DNA of 64,000 nucleotides. It comes from Eledone cirrhosa. Its lineage: Eukaryota. Where the stretch lies: positions 231,012,001-231,076,000 of the forward strand of contig OZ024742.1 in the NCBI GenBank assembly GCA_964016885.1, given 5' to 3'. Under the pieces are notes generated by a model that ran no database searches, had not been told where the DNA came from, and was given only the letters and a program-made list of their open reading frames with translations. Position numbers and translations under genes: made by a program. Positions within the stretch are counted from its first letter, which is position 1. Every line of letters starts with the position of its first letter. Shown here one piece after another: positions 25,750 to 38,979 of this stretch.

Positions 25750-26956
25750 CATATATATATATATATATATACGTGCAGGCCTGAGCTCGCGGTCGGATCT
25801 TCACCTCATTAATATATATATATAGGATAGGTCAATCATTGTTTAAACTGTCAGATGGATCTGAGTAGGATATCTACTATTTATGATTCCTTTTAATGTC
25901 TGAACAACTAAGAACTTTCAATAGAATATATACACTCACTATTCATTTGAAATAAATAAAATAATATAGATAAGATTTGCATTGCACGACAGCTGGACAT
26001 TAAGTCTCATTTACATTTACAGCAGATTTTCCAGCCAGAAAAATGTACAAATGAGTTTATTTCCTGTCTCGATTTACCAATCAATCTAACCCCACTTACG
26101 ACCCACAACTACACCTTACTACCGACAACTTTCATGTCATTCCGTACATACTCCTCATCTACTCCCTCCATTTAACTTATTCACTTTATTTCACTTCTGC
26201 CGATGGCCATTAACCTCACAGTCATGTCAAATGACTTCTGTTCGAAGCTTTAAGATGTGTTTTCACTCTTGACGGCAATCAAACGTATGATGCGCATAGA
26301 GTATTCCTACTAAATCTCTGCTTTTGTGTATATAGAATGGACCCCCTGGTTGGAACCTCCGTCGCTTTCGGAGATATGTTCCTGTTGTTCGATTAACGGA
26401 ATAGCCTACTTATGAAATAAATGTGTAATTGAACATTCCACAAACACATGTACCCTTACTGTAATTCTCAGGGAGATTCAACAAGACACGGCTGACCCTT
26501 TGAATTACAGGTTCAGTCGATTCGACGGGCTTTCACATAGTTTTCGTCTACCAAGTTTCACTCAGAACGTATTAATCGAGCCGAAACTGTAGTAAATGAC
26601 ACTTGCCCAAGATGCAACGCATTAGCATCGACCTTGAGACCTAATGATTGCGAAACGATCCTCTTATCTATTCGGCCATGCTGCGTCCCTATATGTGTAA
26701 GGTGACAAACGATAATGGCATGAATCCTCTAATGGAAAGTTTTCATGATCTTTCATTCGCTCGTTTTGTCTCTTTGAGTGCCAAACCCCAGATCTATGTT
26801 GGTCACGGAGTACAGAATTGCAACGGTGTCACTTACTTATACTCGACACTCATATAAAAGTTCTGCTATCATTGTTGGACACTATAGGTTACAATTGATG
26901 ATGTATTAATTTAAGTAACACTTATTTTATTGATCTCATTTTTTGAACCACTAAGT

Positions 26957-27666
26957 CAGGGTTCGGCAACTTCTTTGCCTCCACGGGCCGGATCGAGTAT
27001 TAATGACGGATAGCGGGTCGGGAGAAGGCCATAAAATAATTATTATTTCTACTTTTGGCACAAGGCCAGCAATTACCCCAGTGTAAGTTAACCTCGGCGG
27101 GATTTGAGCTCAGACCATAAAGGGCCGTAACTCTTTGCTGCATAGCATGGTGTCTGACCCTCAACCGATACTGCTAATCCACCCAATAAAAGAATAATTG
27201 TTTCTACTTTTGGCACAAGGCCAGCAATTAACCAGTATATTACTGGTACTTTATTTTATCGACCCCATAAGGATGAAAGGCAAAGTTGACCTCGACGGGA
27301 TTTGAACTCAGACCGTAAAAGGACGTAACTATGCTAGAAAGCATGTCGTCCAAACCTCTACCGGTACTACCAATCCACAAGCTAAAATTTAATCACGAAT
27401 GTTGACTATACTTTAAAATAATTTGTATTAACCAGAGATGAATATAGTAATGCGACGAATTGTTAATTGTGTTTTTGCTGTCAAAGTGTTCACATCCGGT
27501 TGGTGGTGGACATTAGGTAGAGTGAATCAAAAGATTTATGGAAGAGTGTAACAGCGGGCCTTTTATTCTATTCGAAAGTCTCGTCTTTCATATTACAATA
27601 AATTTAAATTTTAAATAAACAACTTATTGGGCATCAGTTCTCGCGGGCCGTAGGTTGCCGACCCTG
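26957..27666. mobile_element. hAT MITE with two nested SINEs (27038-27184, 27193-27378, minus)
   Basis: TIR CAGGGTTCGGCAAC / GTTGCCGACCCTG; 8-bp TSD CACTAAGT / TACTAAGT. Confidence 0.85.
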
Positions 27667-27939
27667 TACTAAGTTATGGAAGAATTTCAGAAACTAAGAT
27701 GTGTTAATTTACATTATGGGAAGGTGTGAGGTTTAAAGATTAGGGTGTTCGTCTCACGATCGTAAGATCAGGTTTTCGAATGCCAACGATGCGTTGTATC
27801 TTTCGTTGTATCTGTCACTTTCTTTCATGTTGTTGCAATCAGCAGGTAAAAGTAAGTTGTATCTATAATTCAGCCTTGTCACGCAAAGTTTCACGCTGAA
27901 TCTCTTTGTGAGTTAAGTTAGGGTTACACCTGTCCACGT

Positions 27940-28268
27940 GAAGGCGCATGGCTTTGTGGTTAGGGTATTCGGCTCACAGCCGTATGGTCGGGAGTTCGAT
28001 TCCCGGTGGCGCGTTGTGTCCTTGAGCCTTGAGCAAGACACTTCATTTCACGTTTCTCCAGTTCACTCAGCGGGCAAAAATGAGTTGTACCTGTAATGAG
28101 AAGGGCCAGCCTTGTTACGTTCGGTCTCATGCTGAATCTTCCAGAGAACTATGTTGAGGGTACGCCTCTCTGTGGAATGCTCAGCCACTTGCACGTTAAT
28201 TTCACGAGCAGGCTGTTCTGTTGATCGGATCAATTGGAACACACGTCTTTGTAACAGTCGGAGTGCCA
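27940..28268 (+). mobile_element. tRNA-derived SINE, second family (CORE-like)
   Basis: A box TGGCTTTGTGG, B box GAGTTCGATTCC, GTGTCCTTGAGC-AAGACACTT core. Diverged relatives near 866, 26340, 27720, 33230, 39945, 52125 and 55355. Confidence 0.8.
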
Positions 28269-28660
28269 GTAAAAAATGACACCTATCCATGTAATTCGCA
28301 GCAATGTACTGTACCTGTAATTCAAAAGACGGGCCTTGTCACACGGTGTCGGGCTGATTAACCATAACAACTACGTTAAGGTTATACAAGTCTATTGAGA
28401 TCTCAGCCATTTACCCGTCGATTCGCATTAGATAAAACATTCTTCAGCGGAACCCACAGAGGTCCAACAATAACAACTTTATCGCCAATATTTAAACATC
28501 TCTGGTTTAAAATGTCTGACACTATACGTTACAAATCAGATATGTTAATTTCCTAAATATTGCTTATACATTCTTTTATTCTTTCATTGGTTTCAGTAAT
28601 TAGACTGTCACAATTTTGAAGTACCACCTTCAAAGTTTTAGTCGTGAAAGTACATTCATG

Positions 28661-28741
<81 letters not shown>

Positions 28742-28797
28742 TAATAAAAATAATGAATAAAAACAAAGAAACAGTTCCTTATATTAAAAAATTCATC

Positions 28798-28921
28798 ATT
28801 TTACGATCGTTTCTAGGATATATATGTGTGTGTTGGTATGTATATCATATAGATCTATGTAAAGTTTTTACAAACTATCAGAGGGAATATACATACCTAC
28901 ACATATATATGCTGTCTTCAG

Positions 28922-28925
<4 letters not shown>
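28798..28925 (-). ncRNA. Type-I hammerhead with ~100-nt stem II
   Basis: ATTT-CTGAAGA-long hairpin-GAAA-CGATCG-TA-AAAT. Confidence 0.75.
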
Positions 28926-28963
<38 letters not shown>

Positions 28964-29187
28964 TAATCATAATGGAATATTTCACAATCAATTATGGTAA
29001 GGTGTGAAAAGCTCGATGTGCGCTTGAGGGCTACAGCCAGTAGGGATTCAAAACAATCGAAAGAGTCTTCCGAAGGTTAAAGTTCTTGCTGTTAAAGACG
29101 ATGAGGGCGGCAGAGCATATATATTTAAATTGAAGAAGCCAAGTATTTTTGTTTTTAGAATCCAAATTCAATAAACAAACCAGGATT

Positions 29188-29247
29188 TTTCATTCTGAGG
29201 ATTGAAAGCAAAACCTTTTTCTTTTAAGAAACCACTGGTAAATGGAA
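29188..29247 (+). ncRNA. Type-I hammerhead (paralog of 11764)
   Basis: TTTCATT-CTGAGGA-TTGAAAG/CTTTTAA-GAAA-CCACTGG-TA-AATGGAA. The element ends at the same TTACTTCA (29347) as the 11894 end. Confidence 0.88.
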
Positions 29248-30332
29248 TAATTGCCTTATGTTGTTTATTACATAATAATAATAATTTAGCTCTGTTGCCT
29301 ACATAGAGCACTCTTTTTTCCTGGACTTTTCCGATGGAATTACTTCACATATATATATATATACTTAAATGTACTTACACCCAGTTTGGCTGGTTATACT
29401 AACTTCGATTGACATTTGTGCTAACAAATATACCTGCTCTGAATATACTATGTCTCTATCGAGGATATAGGTGATACATCATGTAAGAAGTATAAAAACC
29501 TTTGTTCTAACGACTTGCGACTCCTACATTTATTCATTTTGCTTATATATATATATGTGTGTGTGTGTGTCTAAACAATGTATAAATCAGTTGTAATTAA
29601 TTCATAATTATTTAGATAGTATATAAACATGTAAACATATAAACCTGCAGATCATCAAGAGCATTTAGAAGGATTAAATTCAACAAACATGTATCAAGAA
29701 CATTAGCAAGTAATAAATATAGGCAAGCAATGGAAAAAAAAACACAGGCAAAGCAGATGCAAGTAGTGCGTGGCAGTTACAGCGAAGTAGTGTTTTGTAG
29801 GCTTATGAAACATAAAGCCGAGGAGTTCGTTCGTGCGAAAGTTGAATATATATATATATATATATATAGGTGCGTATGTGCGTATGTATATATATATGTG
29901 TGTGTGTGTATGTATGTGTGTGTGTCTTTATATTTGTGTGTGTGTGTGTGTGTGTATACGACGAGATTTTGCAGAGATTCCGTCTCTCAAATTCCACTCA
30001 TAAGGCATTGATCAATCCAAATCTCTTGTAGAAGACACCTACTTATAGTGTCATGCAGTGATATTGAATCCGAAATCACATGTTAGCGAAGCAAATTCCT
30101 TAACCACACAATCCGATATACACAGCTAATATCTATAATTATTCTAGCCAAACCTGAAACACTTTTGATGTTACAATTTATTGTATTTTAATCTACTAAA
30201 TACTGTTTATATATGTAGATTCGATATCAGATATCGAAACCGTTCCTGTCATACTTCAGATTATTTGATAGTATATCGAAATATTTAGTATCATATATCG
30301 ATATCGAAAATATTTTCCACCAATGATGTATA

Positions 30333-30400
<68 letters not shown>

Positions 30401-30429
30401 TTATATATATATATACACACATATGTATG

Positions 30430-30464
<35 letters not shown>

Positions 30465-30524
30465 TATATATATTTATATATATATGTGTGTGTATTTATA
30501 TATATATATACACACATATGTATG

Positions 30525-30558
<34 letters not shown>

Positions 30559-31127
30559 CTATGCACCATGTACTTGTCTAGTATTACAACATATATTCAA
30601 CCTTAAGTGAATATTACATCACGATATTTAAGAAGTATTATTGATGCTATCTCTTGGTTTGTGTAAGCTGAAATATAAAATTTATCTAACCTGCTCTGTG
30701 GCACAGGTTTAACAAGTACACATTTCTGAAGATCTCCGTTTTCACCAGATGTGTCGTATTATGTTTCAAATGTATATTTTTTATAATTTCATCTTTTTCT
30801 TTTTTTCGATTTCTCAACGCAACATTTCATGCTAAGCTCACTTCTCGATCGAAATATTTAAATAATATAAAGGCGTGGGCATTTCTGTGTGATTAAATAG
30901 TTCGCTTCGTATGCTCAATCGGAATGCGTAACATTACAAGCTTGTGTCTCTTATAGAGTGTCAAGTTGACCAATGCCTTGAGTATAGCATTCGCTAAACA
31001 GAATCTATGCAGAATATCGTCGTGTATGTGTTATGCACTATCGATGTGCTGAGAGATTTGAAATTTGAAAATATGGGATCCTAAACATTCAAAGTAACTC
31101 TAACAAGTGTCGCTTGCTACAAATAAT

Positions 31128-31310
31128 TGTTTCTACTTTTGGCACAAGGCCAGCAATTATCTCAGTACATTACTGGTACTTTATTTTATCGACCCCGTAA
31201 GGATGAAAGGCAAAGTGAACCTCGGCGGGATTTGAACTCAGTCTATAAAGGGGCGTAACTGTATGCTGCAAAGCATGGAGTCCGACCTTCTACCGATACT
31301 GCCAATCCCC
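31128..31310 (-). mobile_element. Nin-domain SINE with 17-bp TSD
   Basis: CGCTTGCTAYAAATAAT at 31111-31127 and 31311-31327. Confidence 0.92.
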
Positions 31311-31844
31311 CGCTTGCTATAAATAATGCCTCAGAAATCAGGTAAAATACCCAGATTGACGGGGTAAAGGGACCACTTTTCAAATATATATATATATACG
31401 TGAGTGTATATATATGTATATACTTTTACTTTTTGTTTATGTCTCGTAACGGTTCAACAAAGGAAAATCAATAAATAAGTACTAGACTTTACAAGCACTA
31501 AGATTGATATGGTCGGCAAAATCCATTGAAGGCAGTACTCCAGCACAGCCACAGTCAAATATCTGAAACCAGTAAAAGAATAAAAGAATACCAAACCCCC
31601 TTTTACCATAGAGCTGTCAGCCCATCAGACTGTGACGGTGATGTTTTGTTATGGAAGTATTGGTTTATGGCATCTTTCTATGGGTATTTATTTATTTATT
31701 TAATCAATTTAGACGTTCGTATAGAGCCAGAAAGCCATGACCGACTAGAAGAAGTATATAATATCTCTGACTACTAAAAACAAAAACGAGAGACAACGAG
31801 TAGAAAGAGAAAGAGAAAAGAAAGCAAAGAAAGGAAAAATATGG

Positions 31845-32010
31845 TTTCTGATTTAGGCAGAAGGCTAACAATTTGGGGGTAGGGGAAATCGATTAAATCG
31901 ACCCCAGTACATTACTTGGTGGGATTAGAACTCAGAAGTTAAAGGGTCGTAACTCTATGCCGCAAAGCCTGTTGCGCGACGCTCTACCGATGCTGCGAAT
32001 CCACCGCCCT
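31845..32010 (-). mobile_element. Internally deleted Nin-domain SINE
   Basis: Head and tail of the family present; core missing. Confidence 0.75.
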
Positions 32011-32634
32011 AAAGAAAGCAAAAATAATGGTTTCTTATAAGAAACCATTATTTTTGCTTTATTCGGTTTATTTTCTTTACATATTGTCCAGGCATGCAGT
32101 TTTTCCACGATTAGGTCAGTTGGCGGCCCACGTTCCAAAATACCTTATCTCGTGCAACGCCGGGTACCACTGCTAGTGGTTAATAAGTGTTATCATGACA
32201 CATGTTTACATAAACACAGTTTAGATCTCTACTTTCGTATCTAAGTAACACATTAGCAGCATATGATAGCAAGTACAGGCTCTTGACGTCAGCGTCTTGT
32301 CTTTCAATGAAATAATTGCATAAACCAGCTGAACCCGTGGAGATTTCAAGGTTTAATTAGAAACAACCACTAAGTATTAAAGATTGATATGACATTTTAA
32401 ATGTTGTACTCATAAGTTATATACAGATATGCAAGTAATAAATATACAGTACTTAATTACATATAAATTGAATAGATTTAACAAATGACTGAAGTTACCA
32501 AAATGAAATAATTTACTCATTATAATTTGAGTATAAATATTATATTTTCCTACACCATAGGTTTTTAAACATTACGCACCACCGCCACCACTCTATCAAT
32601 CTGTATATCTATCTCTATCTAGCTGTCTCTAGCA

Positions 32635-32715
<81 letters not shown>

Positions 32716-32999
32716 CATCCCGTGTCCATAAATATGAGATTAAAAAATATAACACTTCCGTATTGCTTATACCTTTGCCACCACCACCACCACCACACCC
32801 AAAGCCCTCTATCAAACATCTTTCCACGTCATGACATACTTTTTATGCTACAGATACACAAACTTTGTTATAATAGATGAAATAAAATACAGAAATTTGA
32901 GAAGTGTATTTGTTGCTGCTACTGCTACTCGAGTTTATAGTTCAAAATGCAAGAACCTATATATAAACTGCTTAAAAACCTTTAAAATTATTTCAATAT

Positions 33000-33000
33000 T

Positions 33001-33082
<82 letters not shown>

Positions 33083-33094
33083 CAGCAGCCGCAA

Positions 33095-33165
<71 letters not shown>
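33000..33165. repeat. (TAG)n/(CAG)n microsatellite
   Basis: Visible directly in the sequence. Confidence 0.95.
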
Positions 33166-33529
33166 CAGTGCGTGATCGGTGTGTTTATCTCAAATCAATT
33201 ATTTTAATTAAATAGACGTTTGACGATGAGTGTTCTATTTGTGCAGTTGATGGCACGACTTAATAATTAAATTAACGTCTAGGTGGCTGAGTATTCCACA
33301 GACATGTGTACCCTTGACACAATTCGCAGGGAGATTCTGTGTAACATTATGTGTGACGAAGTTGGTCTTTTGAATCACAGGTAACGACCATTCAACAGAC
33401 TTCCATACAGTTTCCGTCTACACTATGCATTTGTTGACCCGAGGATATGGTAGACAAAACTTAGCTAGTGGAATCGAACCTGAGGCCTAATGATAGCGAA
33501 GCGAACGTTTTAACCATTCAGCCATACTG

Positions 33530-33942
33530 CACACCTGTCAACTCTCCCCATCCGATGGGGAGATCTCCCACCCACTTAAGGGTGGGTGAGAGATGTCTTC
33601 CCTTGTGAAAATGTGTGTAGCTTTCATTATGTAAAATCTCCCTCCTAGAGCGGTGGATTGGCAGTATTGGGAGAGGCTCGGACGCCATGCTTTGACGTAT
33701 AGAGTTACGGCCCTTGCCATTCTTTACAGTCTGAGTTCAAATCCCGCCGAAGTTAACTTTACCTTTCATCCTTACGGGGTCGATAAAATAAAGTACCAGT
33801 AATGCACTGGGTAATTGCTGGCCTTGTGCCAAAAAGTGGAAACAATTATGTAAAATCTCCCGATTTTGCTTCATTTCTCCCCGTTTGGGGGCACTTTTTT
33901 CATGGTACTCCTTGTTTAGGTGTTTAGGGGTTGGCAGATCTG
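33530..33942 (-). mobile_element. MITE (7367 family) interrupted by a plus-strand SINE (~33650-33844)
   Basis: Ends CACACCTGTCAAC / GTTGGCAGATCTG. SINE TSD ATTATGTAAAATCTCCC at 33626-33642 and 33845-33861. Confidence 0.85.
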
Positions 33943-34501
33943 GTACTGCAACCATGGTAGCAAGATAGACTACCAAATACATGTCATCAAATTCAGCTTT
34001 CTCTCTATCAATAAATGAAATAATTGCATTTGTTATCCTGCAACTCGAGTTTACTGTTCAAAATGCAAGACAGAAATTACAAATTGCTTGTATTTCTTTA
34101 TAATTCTTTAAACATACTTCAAGTGTTATATTTTATAGATATTAAAGGCACAAATGAGATACGAATTTTCTTTACAACGCTATTTATAACACATGTGTTA
34201 CAACGAGAGTGTTTGTTAGAAATAAATGATAATGAATGCTATAAGAGGCTCATTAAGTACGATCTGATGTTTTTGTTTTATAATCATATTTAGATCTGTG
34301 TGTGTGTATGTATATATATATATATATATAATTAATATTAATACAATAACAGAGATAGTTTAAAGCTAATCTCCGACTGGTAACCATCTCACTCAACAAA
34401 CATTAGGTTATATTTTAATATAAACCCAATTTAATTGTTTGGGGTGCTAACAATATGTATTATGTGGAAAATCCTGTTGTATTATTTTGTATATATGGCC
34501 A

Positions 34502-34688
34502 GTGGATTGGCAGTATCGGTAGAGGCTCGGACGCCATGCTTTGACGCATAGAGTTACGGCCCTTGCCATTCTGAGTTCAAATCCCGCCGAGGTTAAATTT
34601 GCCTTTCATCCTTATGGGGTCGATAAAATAAAGTACCAGTAATACACTGGGTAATTGGTGGCCTTGTGCCAAAAGTAGAAACAATTAT
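34502..34688 (+). mobile_element. Nin-domain SINE
   Basis: Family consensus match. Confidence 0.9.
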
Positions 34689-34714
34689 TTTATATATATA
34701 TATGTATATATATG

Positions 34715-34889
<175 letters not shown>

Positions 34890-35135
34890 ATTAATATATA
34901 TATATATATATTAATATATATATATGTGTATGCATACTATGTTAAGGTATCGATGCATATGTAATATGTGTGGTGATCATGTTCCTCAATGAATAAGTAC
35001 AATAGATCTTAGTTCAGAGCATCAATTTAAAAGATATATGTAGAGAGAACGAAGCATATATCGTTTGACACGTACCATTTTGTACTCATATATAGAGCAA
35101 ATAATTTACAGGAAAATAAACCTACTTTAAGATGG

Positions 35136-35185
<50 letters not shown>

Positions 35186-35469
35186 ACATAGGCCTATTGA
35201 ATGCTCAACTAATTGCGCCGACAGTTCGAATAAATTGAACAATCGTCGTCAGAACAGACGGAGGTCCAACAACAGTATGCATGAGTATGTATGTGTATAT
35301 GTGATATGTGTGTGTGGATGTGTGTGTGTTTGTATGTGTGTGTTTATATATGTGTGTGTGTGTGCAACAAGGGTAGTTAAAAAACGAGCGAAACGAAATA
35401 GGGAACCGGACGAAAAGCAACAATTTTCAATTATCGACAATAATTCGAATCTTACTGGTTCTGTTTTGG

Positions 35470-35770
35470 TAATGAGATTGTCGTAAATGAAGTCCATCTT
35501 CTTTTCTAAAGAACACATAACTCAAATCTATCCCCATTTAGCAATATTTAGCGGGGCCTTTTTCGCCCATTGGTTAACAGCAAATAGATCCGTTTGAAAG
35601 GATGTCTGGTATCCCATTTCGTTGATGACCTTCTGGCGCTTGGACTCATCTGCGAAGATTTTTATTTCACTCTGCTTAAAGACGTCTATAATGTTCTTGA
35701 TGTAAATAAGGAACAGATATGCTCTCAACTCACTAATGAATATAGCCTGTTGACAGTAAGCCCGTCCAGA
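35470..35770 (-). pseudogene. CR1/L2-type RT fragment
   Basis: LFLIYIKNI...IKIFADESK...QTDL...QWA. Confidence 0.65.
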
Positions 35771-36045
35771 GATTAGCTAGGCAGGGTAGAATTTGATATC
35801 GCTACTAGCGGGGAACTTATCGGTGTCTACTGCTGAACTGTACTCAATTTTGTTTATTGTCGCTCAGATATCAAAGGCGCCAGATATTGTATGTTGGTGG
35901 TTAACTTCATTGACACTGTCCAGACCAACCATATCAAGATTGCTCAAACTAGCGGTCTTGTTTCTGTAGTATCTCACTCATGGTTTTAGCATCATGATGG
36001 AGAATGTTATTTATTTATCAATCAGAAAGAGACAGGGATCTTGTG

Positions 36046-36126
<81 letters not shown>

Positions 36127-36321
36127 TTTTATATATATATTTAATGCGATGAAATACCAATGATCGTTGGCAAATCTCTCATGAGGGACTCATTTTATAA
36201 CATGTAATCCATGTGCAACCATGCAGTATTCTTCTCCCCATATTTTTCATATATATATATATATATAAAATAAAATAATTAAGTCAAATATTTAAAATTT
36301 GGCTTCGTTTATTAAAGATGT

Positions 36322-36376
36322 ACTGCTATATATATTTCGGTGACAGCAATCATTGGCTGTGACCTCTTCAGGCAGT
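36322..36376 (-). ncRNA. Type-I hammerhead
   Basis: ACTGC-CTGAAGA-GGTCACAGC/GCTGTCACC-GAAA-TATATA-TA-GCAGT. Confidence 0.88.
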
Positions 36377-36633
36377 CCGAATTGATGTGGTAGAGACAGG
36401 TACACATGTTGTTAAAGTGTTTTACTCCGTCAATACTGCGATATGTGCAGCTCCTGGTTGAGTTGTTATTTCTCTGAGCAACTGGAATCATATATCTTGT
36501 AGTTGATATATATATATATATATATATTTATTAAAATAACAGATTAAAGTTTAAGCAAAGGATCGCTGCTTTCACCCTGAACGGGATCTTCTGAAACTAA
36601 CAAAGTCAATCTGTGAACGCAGAAGTGAATATT

Positions 36634-36741
<108 letters not shown>

Positions 36742-36974
36742 ACTACAAACTTCTGAGAGTAGAACAGCTTACCCATTAAATTAATGTGTATAGGTAGTTA
36801 GATTCAAATGACAATTCTCTGTGATGTCTCTGCTCTCCATCATCATCATGAATACGATGAACCAACGACAATATTGTTAACGAAATAGAATTAAGAAAAG
36901 CTGGTATGGCATTTCATATTGATATACTTTCGTTCGTATCCAACCTCTATTGGTTATGAGTTATATATGCACCG

Positions 36975-37202
36975 ATACTTTCTGCCCCTCCTTACTCACC
37001 ACCATAGGCGCTGAGCTGGCCAGCCGCAGGTGTGAGCCCCGCGAGTTGGAGTGGCTTTTCCAGCGCGTCTCCCTTGCCGTCCTCCTGAGAAACGCCTTCT
37101 CCATTCTGTCCGCCGGGGCTGTGGGTGTGCCCCATCGCGTATCAGGCCGATAAATAAAGTACCAATCCGACATTGGTGTCGATTCTAAAAAAAAAAAAAA
37201 AA
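36975..37202 (+). mobile_element. 3' end of a CRE-clade non-LTR retrotransposon
   Basis: GC-rich WLFQRVSLAVLLRNA (QRxSxAxxRxNA motif), then AATAAA and poly(A). Confidence 0.7.
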
Positions 37203-37248
37203 GTTATAGATGTGTGTGTGTGTGTGTGTGTATGTGTGTGTGTGTGTC

Positions 37249-37351
<103 letters not shown>

Positions 37352-37520
37352 ATAGAACGGTACCCCTTACGTAAATGTAGCAAACCTAAGAAGAAACAAA
37401 GTCTCGAAGCTCGAGTTTAGAAACACATGTTGAATGTACTTCTAAATAGAGGTCTATAACAAAATACATTAAAGCTCTTTTCACAAGTTTGTGTTCTCTC
37501 AACACCTTTAGATATTCTAA

Positions 37521-37600
<80 letters not shown>

Positions 37601-37639
37601 GATATTAACAAATGGAAACTATATTTATAAAACCATATT

Positions 37640-37704
37640 TATTTCATTATACATATTTCAAGGATACCAAGTTAAATTATGGTATGCCTTCATCAGACAA
37701 AATA
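37640..37704 (-). ncRNA. Type-I hammerhead (left arm)
   Basis: Reverse complement of 37838-37902. Confidence 0.85.
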
Positions 37705-37837
37705 CAATATATACCAGTTTTATAAATAAACATTGACGTACCTTTTCAAAATGCAACCGTTACTTTTGGAAGACAAAAGTAACGGTTGCATTTTGAAAGG
37801 GTACGTCAATGTTTATTTATAAAACTGGTATATATTG

Positions 37838-37902
37838 TATTTTGTCTGATGAAGGCATACCATAATTTAACTTGGTATCCTTGAAATATGTATAATGAAA
37901 TA
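37838..37902 (+). ncRNA. Type-I hammerhead
   Basis: TATTTTGT-CTGATGA-AGG.ATACCA/TGGTAT.CCT-T-GAAA-TATGTA-TA-ATGAAATA. Confidence 0.85.
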
Positions 37903-37941
37903 AATATGGTTTTATAAATATAGTTTCCATTTGTTAATATC

Positions 37942-38020
<79 letters not shown>

Positions 38021-38029
38021 CATTTATAC

Positions 38030-38067
<38 letters not shown>

Positions 38068-38235
38068 ATTCTACTGACATGGCTTAAAGAGGGTGTTTGC
38101 ATAATTGCAAACGAATCGAAAGTACCAGTAATGCACTGGAATAATTGCTGGCCTTGTAGAATCATTATTAATATTCGAAAAACTCAGATTACATTTATTG
38201 CATTCAGCCATGTAGGGCGATAAACTATTTCTTAG

Positions 38236-38272
<37 letters not shown>

Positions 38273-38310
38273 AATAAAAGTCAAATGATTAAAATTTAGC
38301 TTCGTTTATT

Positions 38311-38365
38311 ACTGCTATATATATTTCAGTGACAGCCATCTTTGGCTGTGACCTCTTTAGGCAGT
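38311..38365 (-). ncRNA. Inactivated hammerhead (paralog of 36322)
   Basis: Same stems; core CTAAAGA (G5A). Confidence 0.75.
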
Positions 38366-38543
38366 TTGAATTAGTATGGTATAGACAAGTACATATGTTT
38401 TTAATCATTTGACTTTTAATCATTTGACTTTTATCTAACTTTATTTTACACTACTCCGGAGTAACCAAACCAACCTGCGCACTTCGTCGAGTGCTCCAGC
38501 CTGCATACTGAGGTGTTGGTATACAACCAACATAAACTCAAAA

Positions 38544-38614
<71 letters not shown>

Positions 38615-38672
38615 TCAGCGAGAATCGCATTTCGGCGGGTAGAAAAAGCGTATGTATATATATATATATATA

Positions 38673-38979
38673 TATATATTGGTAAACGGAATAGAAAATG
38701 CTGACAAATTGTTCACAGTTGAAAAATGGTTTAATTAGGAATAAAAGAGTATTAGTGATTGTATGGGTTAGTATTCAGTTGTGGTTTTAAATTTTTCACT
38801 CTATCTCAAAATTATTTTTGAAAAGCATTTAGATATGCGCAACCGGTAAAAACTTAAAAACTTAAAACCACAACTGAATACTAACCCATACAATCACTAA
38901 TACTCTTTTATTCCTAATTAAACCATTTTTCAACTGTGAACAATTTGTCAGCATTTTCTATTCCGTTTACCAATATATA
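38673..38979. mobile_element. ~118-bp-arm palindrome with a decayed U3-A8 hammerhead in its spacer (38815-38851)
   Basis: Arms 38673-38790 and 38862-38979. Spacer reads TTT-TTGAAAA-GCAT-loop-ATGC-GCAA-CCGG-TA-AAA. Confidence 0.8.

Larger units (their letters stand above)
37599..37943. mobile_element. 170-bp-arm palindrome with a hammerhead on each arm
   Basis: Arms 37599-37768 and 37774-37943, loop GAAGA, one mismatch seen; (TA)n on both sides. Confidence 0.9.

Noticed and set aside
35200-35260. CTGACGA followed by a hairpin on the minus strand
   Set aside because: No GAAA or stems I/III. Similar weak cases at about 15070, 17480, 36560 and 44150 were also not counted.
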